In this document: positions 1 to 8,068 of the stretch, piece after piece
How the letters are laid out: each line of letters starts with the position of its first letter
How positions within the stretch are numbered: position 1 is the first letter of the stretch
From: Hadesarchaea archaeon
Lineage (GTDB): Archaea; Hadarchaeota; Hadarchaeia; Hadarchaeales; Hadarchaeaceae
DNA length: 15,591 nt
Assembly (NCBI GenBank): GCA_030619825.1
Contig: JAUXAS010000013.1
Span: 1-15,591 of the forward strand
Direction: 5' to 3'
Notes under the pieces: generated by a model
Told to the model about the DNA's origin: nothing
The model's input: the letters and a program-made list of their open reading frames with translations, nothing else
Databases searched by the model: none
Made by a program: the position numbers and the translations under genes

Positions 1-10
1 TGATGGGGGA

Positions 11-535
11 GTGATAATGATAATATTTTTGGACATTGAGACCAGCGCCGTAAAAGCCGATCGGGGTATGGTCGTGGCGGTCGGCCTGCTGAAAGGGGAG
101 GAACCGGAAGTTAAGTTTGCGGATACTCCTGAGGAGGAGCGGAAGGTGCTCGAATGGCTCCGCGATGAACTGGAGGGTTGCAGCAAACTCGTGACTTGAT
201 TCGGCCCAGGTTTCGACATCCCCTTCCTGCTCGCGCGCGCGGCCTTCCATAAAGTTGACCTAGGCAAGTTAATTGAAATCCCGATGCTCGACCTCTGCGA
301 GTGGTCCCGCGGGCACTTGCTTCTCTCCAGCTACAGGCTTGAATCCGTTGCACGATTTTTCGGATTTCAGAGGATACTCGAGTTTCACGGGGCTGACGTA
401 TCGGCTCTTTCCAAGCTGGTCGCGCGGGGCGACCACGAGGCGCGAAAACTGATAGTCGACCACTGCAAGGAAGACCTATTGTTACTCAAGCGCGTCTACG
501 AGAGGCTCGAGCCCCAGCTGGAGCGCACCAAGTAA
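11..535 (+). pseudogene. YprB/RNase_H_2-like DEDD 3'-5' exonuclease interrupted by one in-frame TGA at 197-199 (pseudogene, sequencing error or readthrough)
   Basis: ORFs 11..199 and 284..535 are in the same frame, and the gap reads ...KLVT*FGPGFDIPFLLARAAFHKVDLGKLIEIPMLDL... with no other stop. ExoI (FLDIETS), ExoII (GFDIPFL) and ExoIII (HCKEDL) motifs are present. GGGGGAG lies before the start (GTG 11 or ATG 17). Confidence 0.8.
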
Positions 536-669
536 TGTTTTTAAACTGGGATGTCGTGGAAAATTACACAAGCTGCGCCTAGAAACCAATTCGGGGCGTC
601 GGCGCGAGAAAACCGGTCAATTTTTACCCAATGTTTATGATCTTTCTGTGCAACAAGAGGGCGTTTTTA

Positions 670-1269
670 ATGCGTGCAACGAGTAATTCACATAATGCTG
701 TTAGAGAGACACTACGCAAGCTAGAGGCAAAAGCGAAGGTGTGTCAGCGTTGTAGATTACATAAAACGCGGACGAATGTTGTATTTGGCGACGGGCCGCC
801 AACGGCTGAGGTTATGATAGTTTCTGAAGCTCCCGGGTTTTGGGAAGATCAAAGGGGCGTTCCGTTCGTTGGGGCTGCCGGCAAAAATCTAAACGCACTC
901 TTGCTTGAGGCGGGGTTAAGGCGTGAAGAGGTCTACATTGCCAACACCCTAAAATGTCGTCCGTCAGGAAACAGGGATCCCCTACCTGATGAAATCGAGG
1001 CATGCCGCTCATTTCTCGAGGAGCAGATTTCTACAATAAAACCAAAACTCGTCATCGCCCTTGGTCGGATATCCGCCAAAGAGTTGTTAGGCAGGCATGT
1101 GGTCATGGGTAGGGAGCACGGCGCGTTGCTCGACTGCACCTACGCCGGCGCGAGTTTCAAGCTATTCCTCACCTACCATCCAGCCGCAGCCCTCTATGGT
1201 GCCGAAACGAAGCAAAGGCTGCAGGCGGATTTTAAGAAACTTGGGTCGGTTCTGAAATCGTTGACATAG
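670..1269 (+). CDS. udg: Uracil-DNA glycosylase family 4 (4Fe-4S)
   Basis: CQRC...KCRP...EAC cluster ligands, (S)EAPG motif A, PFVGAAG and TYHPAA motif B. ATG 670 follows AAGAGGG and is preferred over 631. Confidence 0.92.
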   Translation: MRATSNSHNAVRETLRKLEAKAKVCQRCRLHKTRTNVVFGDGPPTAEVMIVSEAPGFWEDQRGVPFVGAAGKNLNALLLEAGLRREEVYIANTLKCRPSGNRDPLPDEIEACRSFLEEQISTIKPKLVIALGRISAKELLGRHVVMGREHGALLDCTYAGASFKLFLTYHPAAALYGAETKQRLQADFKKLGSVLKSLT

Positions 1270-1281
1270 CTATCTCATTAA

Positions 1282-1330
1282 AGCTTGGTCAAACCGGGTT
1301 TTGTAAACTTATTTGACCTAGCTAGTTTGT
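1282..1330. terminator. Long hairpin between convergent genes (possible terminator or RNA-stabilising stem)
   Basis: AGCTTGGTCAAA (1282-1293) pairs with TTTGACCTAGCT (1312-1323) at 11/12 positions, with an inner GGGTTT/AAACTT stem. It begins 13 nt after the udg stop and is followed by T-rich sequence. Confidence 0.45.
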
Positions 1331-1448
1331 CTTGGGGTAAAATGGAAACACAACATGAAACTAAATATCACCATGGTTTAAAAATTAAGATAAACTCGAA
1401 TATTCCCCCGGCCTAGAGGTGTAAACGTCAAACGGAAGTTAATTCTTC

Positions 1449-1646
1449 CTATTCTACGTAAAGTTCAACGAAGCCGCATTTTGGGCATACATAAGCTGCG
1501 GCATGTTTATACGACGCGAACCCTGGGACCTGCACTAAGACATTTGTTGATGGAAAATCTGTTTTTTCCATTGTTTTCCTGCATCTAAGACATCTGTATC
1601 CGGGTTCGTCGATAGTTAGCATCTTTTTCTTTTTAGCCCTAGCCAT
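1449..1646 (-). CDS. Small Zn-ribbon protein (CLRC...CPKCG, 65 aa), function unknown
   Basis: Two CxxC knuckles, a C-terminal YVCPKCGFVELY typical of small archaeal Zn-finger proteins, and a basic N-terminus. A GGGGGTGGGGTG SD-like tract precedes ATG 1646. Confidence 0.75.
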   Translation of the reverse strand: MARAKKKKMLTIDEPGYRCLRCRKTMEKTDFPSTNVLVQVPGFASYKHAAAYVCPKCGFVELYVE

Positions 1647-1716
1647 TTTACACCCCACCCCCTAGCATTTGTTCATCTTTTAGGTTAAATAACATTCGTT
1701 TTTAAGGTTAATAAGC

Positions 1717-2376
1717 TTAAAGTACCGTCAAATCGACAATCTTTGCTGTCCTCCCTTTCAGGAACCAGGCCGGGATGTCCCAAATTGCCTTTGCCCGCCC
1801 AATTATCGCGCGGTCACTGCTTGCGGCCACGTCAAATGAGCGGAGCTTCAAATCAACCCCACCGGTCGCTAGAGCATCGCCCTTCAGCTTCGTTTGCTCG
1901 AGTCGCCGCCTCACCATGCCCGCAAGCTCACCGCTCCTGCTCACTTGCTTGTCGAACAAGAGCTCAACGTAACTCGGCTTTGCCCGAGCGATGATTCGCA
2001 AAAGCTCGGTAAGCGCTCGGGGGGTCGCGGGGGATACGCGATACTTGCCGAAAATCGCACGTAGGTATCGGACGTAGCCATCGTCGCATCGCACGACTTG
2101 TTTGCGGGTGAGGATGCTTTCGAGGGTTATCAAAACGTTGTAGCCATCAACACCTAGGTGCTTGCCTCGAACGGCACTTGCTCTGACAGATTTTCGGCGA
2201 TGTTTAGCCACCTCCCGCCTCGAAAACACGCAGCGTGCCAGCAGGTGGCGTTGGTTAAGCGGGAGTCGGTAGTGGTTCGCGACGAAGTTCACGGCTGAGT
2301 CGCGGGGGTAACCTCGATTGAGTAGGTAGCGAAGATTCCGCACGGCATCTGAAACCTTGACCATGAGATCACTCAT
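1717..2376 (-). CDS. DUF434 family protein with C-terminal PIN/NYN-like domain
   Basis: LRYLLNRGY...VANHYRL N-terminal signature plus VDGYNVLITLE, FDKQVSRSGELA and SSD motifs. The start overlaps the leuS stop (ATGA). Confidence 0.85.
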   Translation of the reverse strand: MSDLMVKVSDAVRNLRYLLNRGYPRDSAVNFVANHYRLPLNQRHLLARCVFSRREVAKHRRKSVRASAVRGKHLGVDGYNVLITLESILTRKQVVRCDDGYVRYLRAIFGKYRVSPATPRALTELLRIIARAKPSYVELLFDKQVSRSGELAGMVRRRLEQTKLKGDALATGGVDLKLRSFDVAASSDRAIIGRAKAIWDIPAWFLKGRTAKIVDLTVL

Positions 2377-5264
2377 TCAATGAAGATCGCTGGCCTCATC
2401 GGAACCGCGAGCCTAGCACGGTCCTGCGGGTCGTATCTCGCGGCGTCATCGGCTTTAAACACACGCACCTCTTTCACGTTCAGCTGCTCTCGGATGAAGT
2501 CGGCGGCCTCAAGCAGGACCTGTAATTCATCGATCTCGGTGGTTTCCAAGATCTCAAGCTCCTCTGAGGGCATCCCGCGAAGCTCCTTCACCGTCTGCTG
2601 GAGGAACTTCGACAGGTCGGATTTGTGTAACCTGAGCCCGAGTGTCTCCCCGATTTCCCGAAGCAGCGCACCTAAGTCGACCTTTCCCTCACCTACACGC
2701 TTCATGGCAATGTGATAGGCCTTCCATTTCCAATCCTGCGCCACGTACAGGCAAACCCGCTTCGGTTTTTTCACCTTTGTCACGCGGAGGATTTTCCCCA
2801 CATCCTCAAGCACGCGCCCGAGGTAGCTTTCGATCAACTCGGCACCCTTGTCGACCAATCCTTCCTCCACTTTCGGCCATGGGGCTGCTGAGATGAAGCC
2901 GCTTCCTCCCATGCGCTCCCAGAGGTTCTCACAGATGTGCGGCGTGAATGGGGCGAGCAGGCGAAGCCACACCTCGAGGACTCGCTTCAGCATGTGGGTG
3001 CGCGCCTTGGGCTGCCGTGCACGCTTGGTATACCACCGCAGATCATGCATGAGCTGGAAGAAAGCATGCTGTGCGGCCTTGCGCGTCTCAAATGCGTCGA
3101 GCGCCTCGGTCGCCACCCGGATGTGTTCCTGAAGTCGGCTGAGCATCCATCGCTCGGGCTGGGCGAAGCTCGGGCGCTTTGCAGATGGTGGGGCGATGGT
3201 ACTCTCCGCTAGCGAGTAGAATCGCTCGAGGTTCCTCTGCATCGCCTCGACCTCGTTGGTTTGCCAATCTAGATCTTGCCAGGGCTCCACGGTCGACATC
3301 AAATATAGCCGCACAGTATCCGCACCGTACTTGCGAACTGCCTCGTTGATCGCGATGATGTTCCCCTTCGACGAGGACATCTTCTCCCCCTCGAGCACCG
3401 CAATGCCGAATGAGACGATGCCGCGGGGGCAGCGGTCGGGGAAGAGCAGCGCGTGATGAAAAATGTGGAAGGTGAGGTGGTTTGGAATCAGCTCGTTCGC
3501 TGACATTCGGTAGTCGAGTGGGTACCAATACTCGAACTCGCGGCGCATCTGCTCGAGGGTTTCCTGGGGGATGCCCGTGGTGGAGGAGATTAAGGCCGCG
3601 TCGCCCTTCCCGTGGAATACGTAGTCAAAGACCTCGTCGGTGAGTTTTGCGGGGTCGATGGCCTTCAGGATGTGGGCGATGGTGTAGTAGGCCATGTAGA
3701 TCGTGGAATCGCTGAGTGATTCGATCATCCACTTCGGGTCCCAGGGTGCGGGTGTCCCCATCCCGATATTGCGAGTGCACGGCCACTCGTGGAGCCAGCT
3801 GATTGTGTGCTCGAACTGCCCTCGCGTTTCGGGGGGCACCAAGTCCATCCGCGCCAGGCAGCCCCGCGCCTTTTCCTTCCAGCCCTCGTCGGCGTAGTTC
3901 AGGAACCACTGGTCCTCGACTACTTTCACCGTCACAGGTGTGTTGCACCTGCAGACGACGGGCTTCGCCGAGAACTCATATATCGTTGCGGCCTCGTTGC
4001 CGGCGAGCATATCATCGCGAACGGCAAGCTTGGCCCGCGAGACGGGCATGCCTCCATACTTCGATACCCATTCACGCATTCGACCTTTGGCGAACTCATT
4101 ACGATAGACCTCGGCGGTGGCCTCCTCTAACTTGGGGTCGGTCTGATTCTTGATCCCCATCCGGTCGACGACATCTATCGCGGGAGACTCGCCGAATCCC
4201 TCGACCTCGATGAGCGAGATGGGCTTCAGTCCCTCCACGTCTCGCGGGTTTACCCCATAAGCTCTGAGTGCATCAGGGCGTTGCTGGAGCTCGAACAGGG
4301 CAACGTGATCATAGGGAGCGTGCGAGGGGACCGACCCCACCACCCCAGTGGCGTTGTCCGGGTCGACGAACTTCGCGGGCAGGATGGGGACCCGTTTATG
4401 GGTTAGGGGGACCTCAACCTTCTTGCTGAAGTTTATCTGGATAGGGCCTACTTCACCCACTTGGTACCCCTGCTCGCGCAGTTTCTCGATGGCCTGCTCG
4501 CTCACGATCCATCGTTCGCCGCCGACCCGAGCGCTGACATATTTCACGTCGGGGTTCAGCCAGAGGTTGGTTACGCCGAAGACGGTCTCGGGTCGAAGCG
4601 TGGCAGCGGGGAGCACGTAGTCGTCGGCCCGGTACTTTAGCAGGGTGAACTCGACTATCCCGACACCCTCGCCCTCCAGCAGGTCGTGGTCGGTCACCGG
4701 GTTTCCGCACCTAGGGCACCACTTCACCGGGTGCTTGCCCTTGACGATCAGCCCCGCGTCGTACAGCTTGTGGTACTGCCAAGTGACGAATTTTTGGTAG
4801 TGGTGGTCGACGGTGGTGAACTCCCGGCACCAGTCGATCGAGTACCCCAGCCATTCCATCCCCTTTCGGTAGCTCAACTCGCTCTTGCGGGCGAAGTGGG
4901 AGGCGAAGTGGTGTGGATCTTCGAACTTTGGCAGTTCTGACTCAGCAACTCCATAACGCTCGATGAGCACCCGCACGAAGCCCGGTTCCCGGCGGGCGAC
5001 CCGCTTGGCGGCCCCGACGATCGGGATTCCCGTGAAGTGGTAGGCCATGGGAAAGAGCACGTTGAACCCCCGCATCCGCTTATAGCGCGCGATCACATCG
5101 GGCACAGTGTAGGTGCGCCCATGCCCCACGTGCATGGGGCCCGAGACGTATGGGTAGGCGACGGTCAGGTAGAACTTCGGTCGCTTATCCGGTTCCGCCT
5201 CGAAGAGTTTGGCATCGCGCCATGCCTGCTGCCATTTGGCGTCCAGCTCCTGAAACTTTACCAT
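2373..5264 (-). CDS. leuS: Leucine--tRNA ligase (archaeal/eukaryotic type)
   Basis: AYPYVSGPMHVGH (HIGH), KMSSSKGN (KMSKS), CP1 motifs ATLRPET and SVPSHAPYD, IESLSDSTIYMAYYT, and C-terminal PMRPAIFIE. ATG 5264 follows GGGAGAGG, 8 nt after the alaS stop. Confidence 0.97.
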   Translation of the reverse strand: MVKFQELDAKWQQAWRDAKLFEAEPDKRPKFYLTVAYPYVSGPMHVGHGRTYTVPDVIARYKRMRGFNVLFPMAYHFTGIPIVGAAKRVARREPGFVRVLIERYGVAESELPKFEDPHHFASHFARKSELSYRKGMEWLGYSIDWCREFTTVDHHYQKFVTWQYHKLYDAGLIVKGKHPVKWCPRCGNPVTDHDLLEGEGVGIVEFTLLKYRADDYVLPAATLRPETVFGVTNLWLNPDVKYVSARVGGERWIVSEQAIEKLREQGYQVGEVGPIQINFSKKVEVPLTHKRVPILPAKFVDPDNATGVVGSVPSHAPYDHVALFELQQRPDALRAYGVNPRDVEGLKPISLIEVEGFGESPAIDVVDRMGIKNQTDPKLEEATAEVYRNEFAKGRMREWVSKYGGMPVSRAKLAVRDDMLAGNEAATIYEFSAKPVVCRCNTPVTVKVVEDQWFLNYADEGWKEKARGCLARMDLVPPETRGQFEHTISWLHEWPCTRNIGMGTPAPWDPKWMIESLSDSTIYMAYYTIAHILKAIDPAKLTDEVFDYVFHGKGDAALISSTTGIPQETLEQMRREFEYWYPLDYRMSANELIPNHLTFHIFHHALLFPDRCPRGIVSFGIAVLEGEKMSSSKGNIIAINEAVRKYGADTVRLYLMSTVEPWQDLDWQTNEVEAMQRNLERFYSLAESTIAPPSAKRPSFAQPERWMLSRLQEHIRVATEALDAFETRKAAQHAFFQLMHDLRWYTKRARQPKARTHMLKRVLEVWLRLLAPFTPHICENLWERMGGSGFISAAPWPKVEEGLVDKGAELIESYLGRVLEDVGKILRVTKVKKPKRVCLYVAQDWKWKAYHIAMKRVGEGKVDLGALLREIGETLGLRLHKSDLSKFLQQTVKELRGMPSEELEILETTEIDELQVLLEAADFIREQLNVKEVRVFKADDAARYDPQDRARLAVPMRPAIFIE

Positions 5265-5272
5265 GCCTCTCC

Positions 5273-8005
5273 CTACGCTTGTTGCTTTTTGCACGTTTCA
5301 AGTGCTTTCCTAAGCGCGGCGACCAGGTAATCCGCTTTCGGGCCTCCCCCTTGGCCGAGCTCCGGCTTTCCACCACCCCCGCCACCCAGCACCTGCGCGG
5401 CCTCTGCAGCTATCCCGCCGCAGTCAGCCCCCGCGCGCACGGCTTCCTCTCCGGCCATCGCCACCAGCTTGGCCGTGGCATCGCGCGTTCCCAGCACGAC
5501 GACTAGCCCCTTATCCTCTCTCGTCAGGGCGCTCGCGATCTTTATCAGCTCATCCGCGCTGGCACCCTCGATCTCCTCGCATATCGCGCGAACTTTCCCC
5601 ACCTGCCTCGCTTTCGAACGGAGCTCGATGAGTCGGAGTTCAGCCAGCCGCCCGCGCAACCGGTCGAGTTCCTTCTGCGCGGTCTTCCACTCGTCGAAGA
5701 GCTCCTGGGTCGCCGCTGCCACCCGCTCAGGAGTGGTGCGCAGGACCTCAGCTGCCTTGGCGAGTTGTCTCTCCTGCGCCTGCGCGAACTTTAGCGCGGC
5801 ATCTCCCACCACGAACTCGACTCGCTCGACGCCGTCTTGAATTCGCTCAGTTCGTGCAATCTTGATGAACCCGACTTCACCCGTGCGCGTGCAGTGGGTC
5901 CCCGCGCAGGCTTGGGCGTTCCACTCCTCCACTTCCACCACTCGAACTTTTTTGCCGGGCACGATGCCTCCTTGGTAGAGGTCGAAACCGTATTTTCGTT
6001 CTGCTTCGTTTCGGTCCATCCAGCTCGTACCAACAGGGCGGTTCTCCATCACGACTGCGTTAGCCAAGCGCTCGATCTCCCGCAGCTCCTTTTGCTCGAT
6101 GCGCTTGAAGTGGGAGACATCTAAGCGGGTACGCTCGACTCCCTTCTGTGCCCCATGCTGCCAGACATGATCGCCCAGCACGCGCCGGGCTGCCCCCAGC
6201 AGAATGTGGGTTCCCGTGTGGTGGCGCATGAGCGAGCTACGGCGCGCCCAGTCGATCTTCCCACGCACGCGCTGCCCAGTCTTGAAGGGGTTCGGCTTCA
6301 CGTGGTGCAGGATGACATCACCGGCTTTTTTTACATCCAGAACTTCCCCTCTACCTCTACTACCTTCAAGCGAGCCCACGTCGCTTGGTTGCCCTCCGCC
6401 CTCGGGGTAGAAGGTAGTCCGGTCGAGCACGACGTAGCCGCCGAAGCATTGCAGCACATTCGCCCCGAACTCCAAGGCGTACGGGTCCTTGTAGTAAAGG
6501 GCTTTAGTGGAGGGCAGGCGGCGGAGCTGCCCCTTCGGGACGGGGGCCACAGCCGCGGGCACATGTCGGGCCCGACTATGTAACTTCGCAACCTTGATGT
6601 AGAAATCCTCTGGAACCTCCACCATGACGCCTTCCTTACCGGCGACTTCCCTCACGATTTCTGGTGGTAGCCCATGGCTGTCGTAGAGCTCGATGAGCTT
6701 TTCGCGGGGTAGGGGTTTGCCCTCGGCGCGAAGCCCACCTGCTAGCCGCTCGACTAGCTTGCTCCCCCGCGAGATTGCATCCCGGTATCGTCGTTCCTCG
6801 AGCTCGATTACCTCGATGATGTAACCCTCTCGTTCTCTCAACTCGCGGAACTGTGGACCCAAGTGCTTAAGCTGGAGCGCCATGAGCTCCGCGAGGGGCT
6901 TGTGGAGTCTGATCTCTCGCATCAGGCGTAGGGTGCGCCGGAGCACCACGCGCGCGAGGTAGCCCTCCTTGACATTGCTCGGGGTTATCCCGTCCCCGAA
7001 CATGAAAGCAAGGCATCGAAGGTGGTCGGCAATTGCGTAGACGCCTTCGAGAGGCGCCAGGAGTTTATTGAGCTCCTCCACGTTCACCCCCGTGCGGGAC
7101 GCGACCTTGTTGCGGAGCGTGAGCAAATCTCGTCCTGTTTCGATGTCCATGAGACCGGCGAGTTTTGAGTTCTCACGGAGCACATCGGTAGGTGGTACAC
7201 TAACGCCAGCTAGCTTGCACAGTTGCTTGATTACTGGACCGAAAATAGCTTCATAGCTCGAGGCGGTACCCTGTGATAGCCAAGCGAGTCGCTCCAGACC
7301 GTAGCCCGTGTCAACGATTTTCAAAGGCAACGGCGAGTACTTGCCGTCCTCGCTCGTGTATTGCATGAACACGAGCGTCGCGAGCTCCAGCCCGCGTACG
7401 TTTACCTCGAAGTCCTCCCCCGCGTTGCCTCCACCCTCCCAGAAGTCTTGGATGTAAGAAATTTCATCAGGAGGGATCCCTAGTTCCTTCGTCAAGAACT
7501 TATGGCAGAGGGCAACGGTTTCGTCATTCCAGTAGACCCATTGTCGGCGTGAGTTGAAGGCGTGGTGGCCGCCCATGAAGAAGAGGGTGAAGTGCCGCCC
7601 CGACCGCCCGACGTTATCGATGTCCTTAAGTCGGATGCTGGGCTGGCTTACGACCAATGGGTTTGCGGGGGGCGGAACCAAGCCGCTGGTCACCCAGGGC
7701 TGGAAGTCCGCGATCGAGGCGATTGTGAGGAAGATGTCGTCACGCCACCGCGCGACCACGGGGTAGCGCTTGATGACCTCGTGGCCCTGGCGCCTGAAGA
7801 ACTTCAGGAAGGCTCGTTCCATTCCCGCCAGCGAATATTTTCGTTTTGTCGGAGGCCTGCCAATAAAAGCGTACTCATCGCAGGGGGTATCGCCGCATGT
7901 CTTTCGTCCTGACTCGAGTGTCCAGAAGGTGCGCCCGCAGCTTTGGCACTGCCTACGCTCGAAGCCCTCTCGCTTGAAGAGAGCTGCCTTGTAGATGTCC
8001 TTCAC
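5273..8005 (-). CDS. alaS: Alanine--tRNA ligase (archaeal type, full length)
   Basis: N-terminal CxxCG..FWT extension, YPVVARWRDD, VDTGYGLERL, FYPEGGGQPSD, editing motifs HHTGTH and CAGTH, and C-Ala GGGGGG..GQGGG. GTG start. Confidence 0.97.
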   Translation of the reverse strand: MKDIYKAALFKREGFERRQCQSCGRTFWTLESGRKTCGDTPCDEYAFIGRPPTKRKYSLAGMERAFLKFFRRQGHEVIKRYPVVARWRDDIFLTIASIADFQPWVTSGLVPPPANPLVVSQPSIRLKDIDNVGRSGRHFTLFFMGGHHAFNSRRQWVYWNDETVALCHKFLTKELGIPPDEISYIQDFWEGGGNAGEDFEVNVRGLELATLVFMQYTSEDGKYSPLPLKIVDTGYGLERLAWLSQGTASSYEAIFGPVIKQLCKLAGVSVPPTDVLRENSKLAGLMDIETGRDLLTLRNKVASRTGVNVEELNKLLAPLEGVYAIADHLRCLAFMFGDGITPSNVKEGYLARVVLRRTLRLMREIRLHKPLAELMALQLKHLGPQFRELREREGYIIEVIELEERRYRDAISRGSKLVERLAGGLRAEGKPLPREKLIELYDSHGLPPEIVREVAGKEGVMVEVPEDFYIKVAKLHSRARHVPAAVAPVPKGQLRRLPSTKALYYKDPYALEFGANVLQCFGGYVVLDRTTFYPEGGGQPSDVGSLEGSRGRGEVLDVKKAGDVILHHVKPNPFKTGQRVRGKIDWARRSSLMRHHTGTHILLGAARRVLGDHVWQHGAQKGVERTRLDVSHFKRIEQKELREIERLANAVVMENRPVGTSWMDRNEAERKYGFDLYQGGIVPGKKVRVVEVEEWNAQACAGTHCTRTGEVGFIKIARTERIQDGVERVEFVVGDAALKFAQAQERQLAKAAEVLRTTPERVAAATQELFDEWKTAQKELDRLRGRLAELRLIELRSKARQVGKVRAICEEIEGASADELIKIASALTREDKGLVVVLGTRDATAKLVAMAGEEAVRAGADCGGIAAEAAQVLGGGGGGKPELGQGGGPKADYLVAALRKALETCKKQQA

Positions 8006-8031
8006 GCGCTCGCCTCGCCAAGCAAATATCC

Positions 8032-8056
8032 GAGCGAGAGTTAAAAGTCTTCGCTC
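8032..8056 (-). promoter_or_regulatory. Putative alaS-leuS promoter (TTTTAAC box flanked by an inverted repeat)
   Basis: The minus strand reads GAGCGA-A-GA-CTTTTAAC-TC-TCGCTC, with the AT-rich box about 35-40 nt upstream of the alaS GTG. Confidence 0.4.
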
Positions 8057-8068
8057 AAACTTGTGGAA

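Noticed and set aside
197..630. Selenocysteine decoding of the TGA using a SECIS in the 3' region (GCGCC...GGCGC stem containing GAA)
   Set aside because: The position corresponds to an aromatic residue rather than Cys in this family, and the stem is only 5 bp with no convincing archaeal SECIS geometry.
3355..3385. KMSSS instead of KMSKS in LeuRS
   Set aside because: This variant is known in archaeal LeuRS (KMSSSKGN) and is not evidence of inactivity.
5265..5294. leuS N-terminal extension overlapping alaS, as in the ORF track
   Set aside because: ATG 5264 has a good SD and gives the typical LeuRS start, so the overlap is an ORF-caller artefact.
2380..7994. Numerous short alternative-frame and antisense ORFs within leuS and alaS (and similar ones within ftsZ and the r-protein genes)
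   Set aside because: These are expected in GC-rich coding DNA and carry no recognisable motifs.
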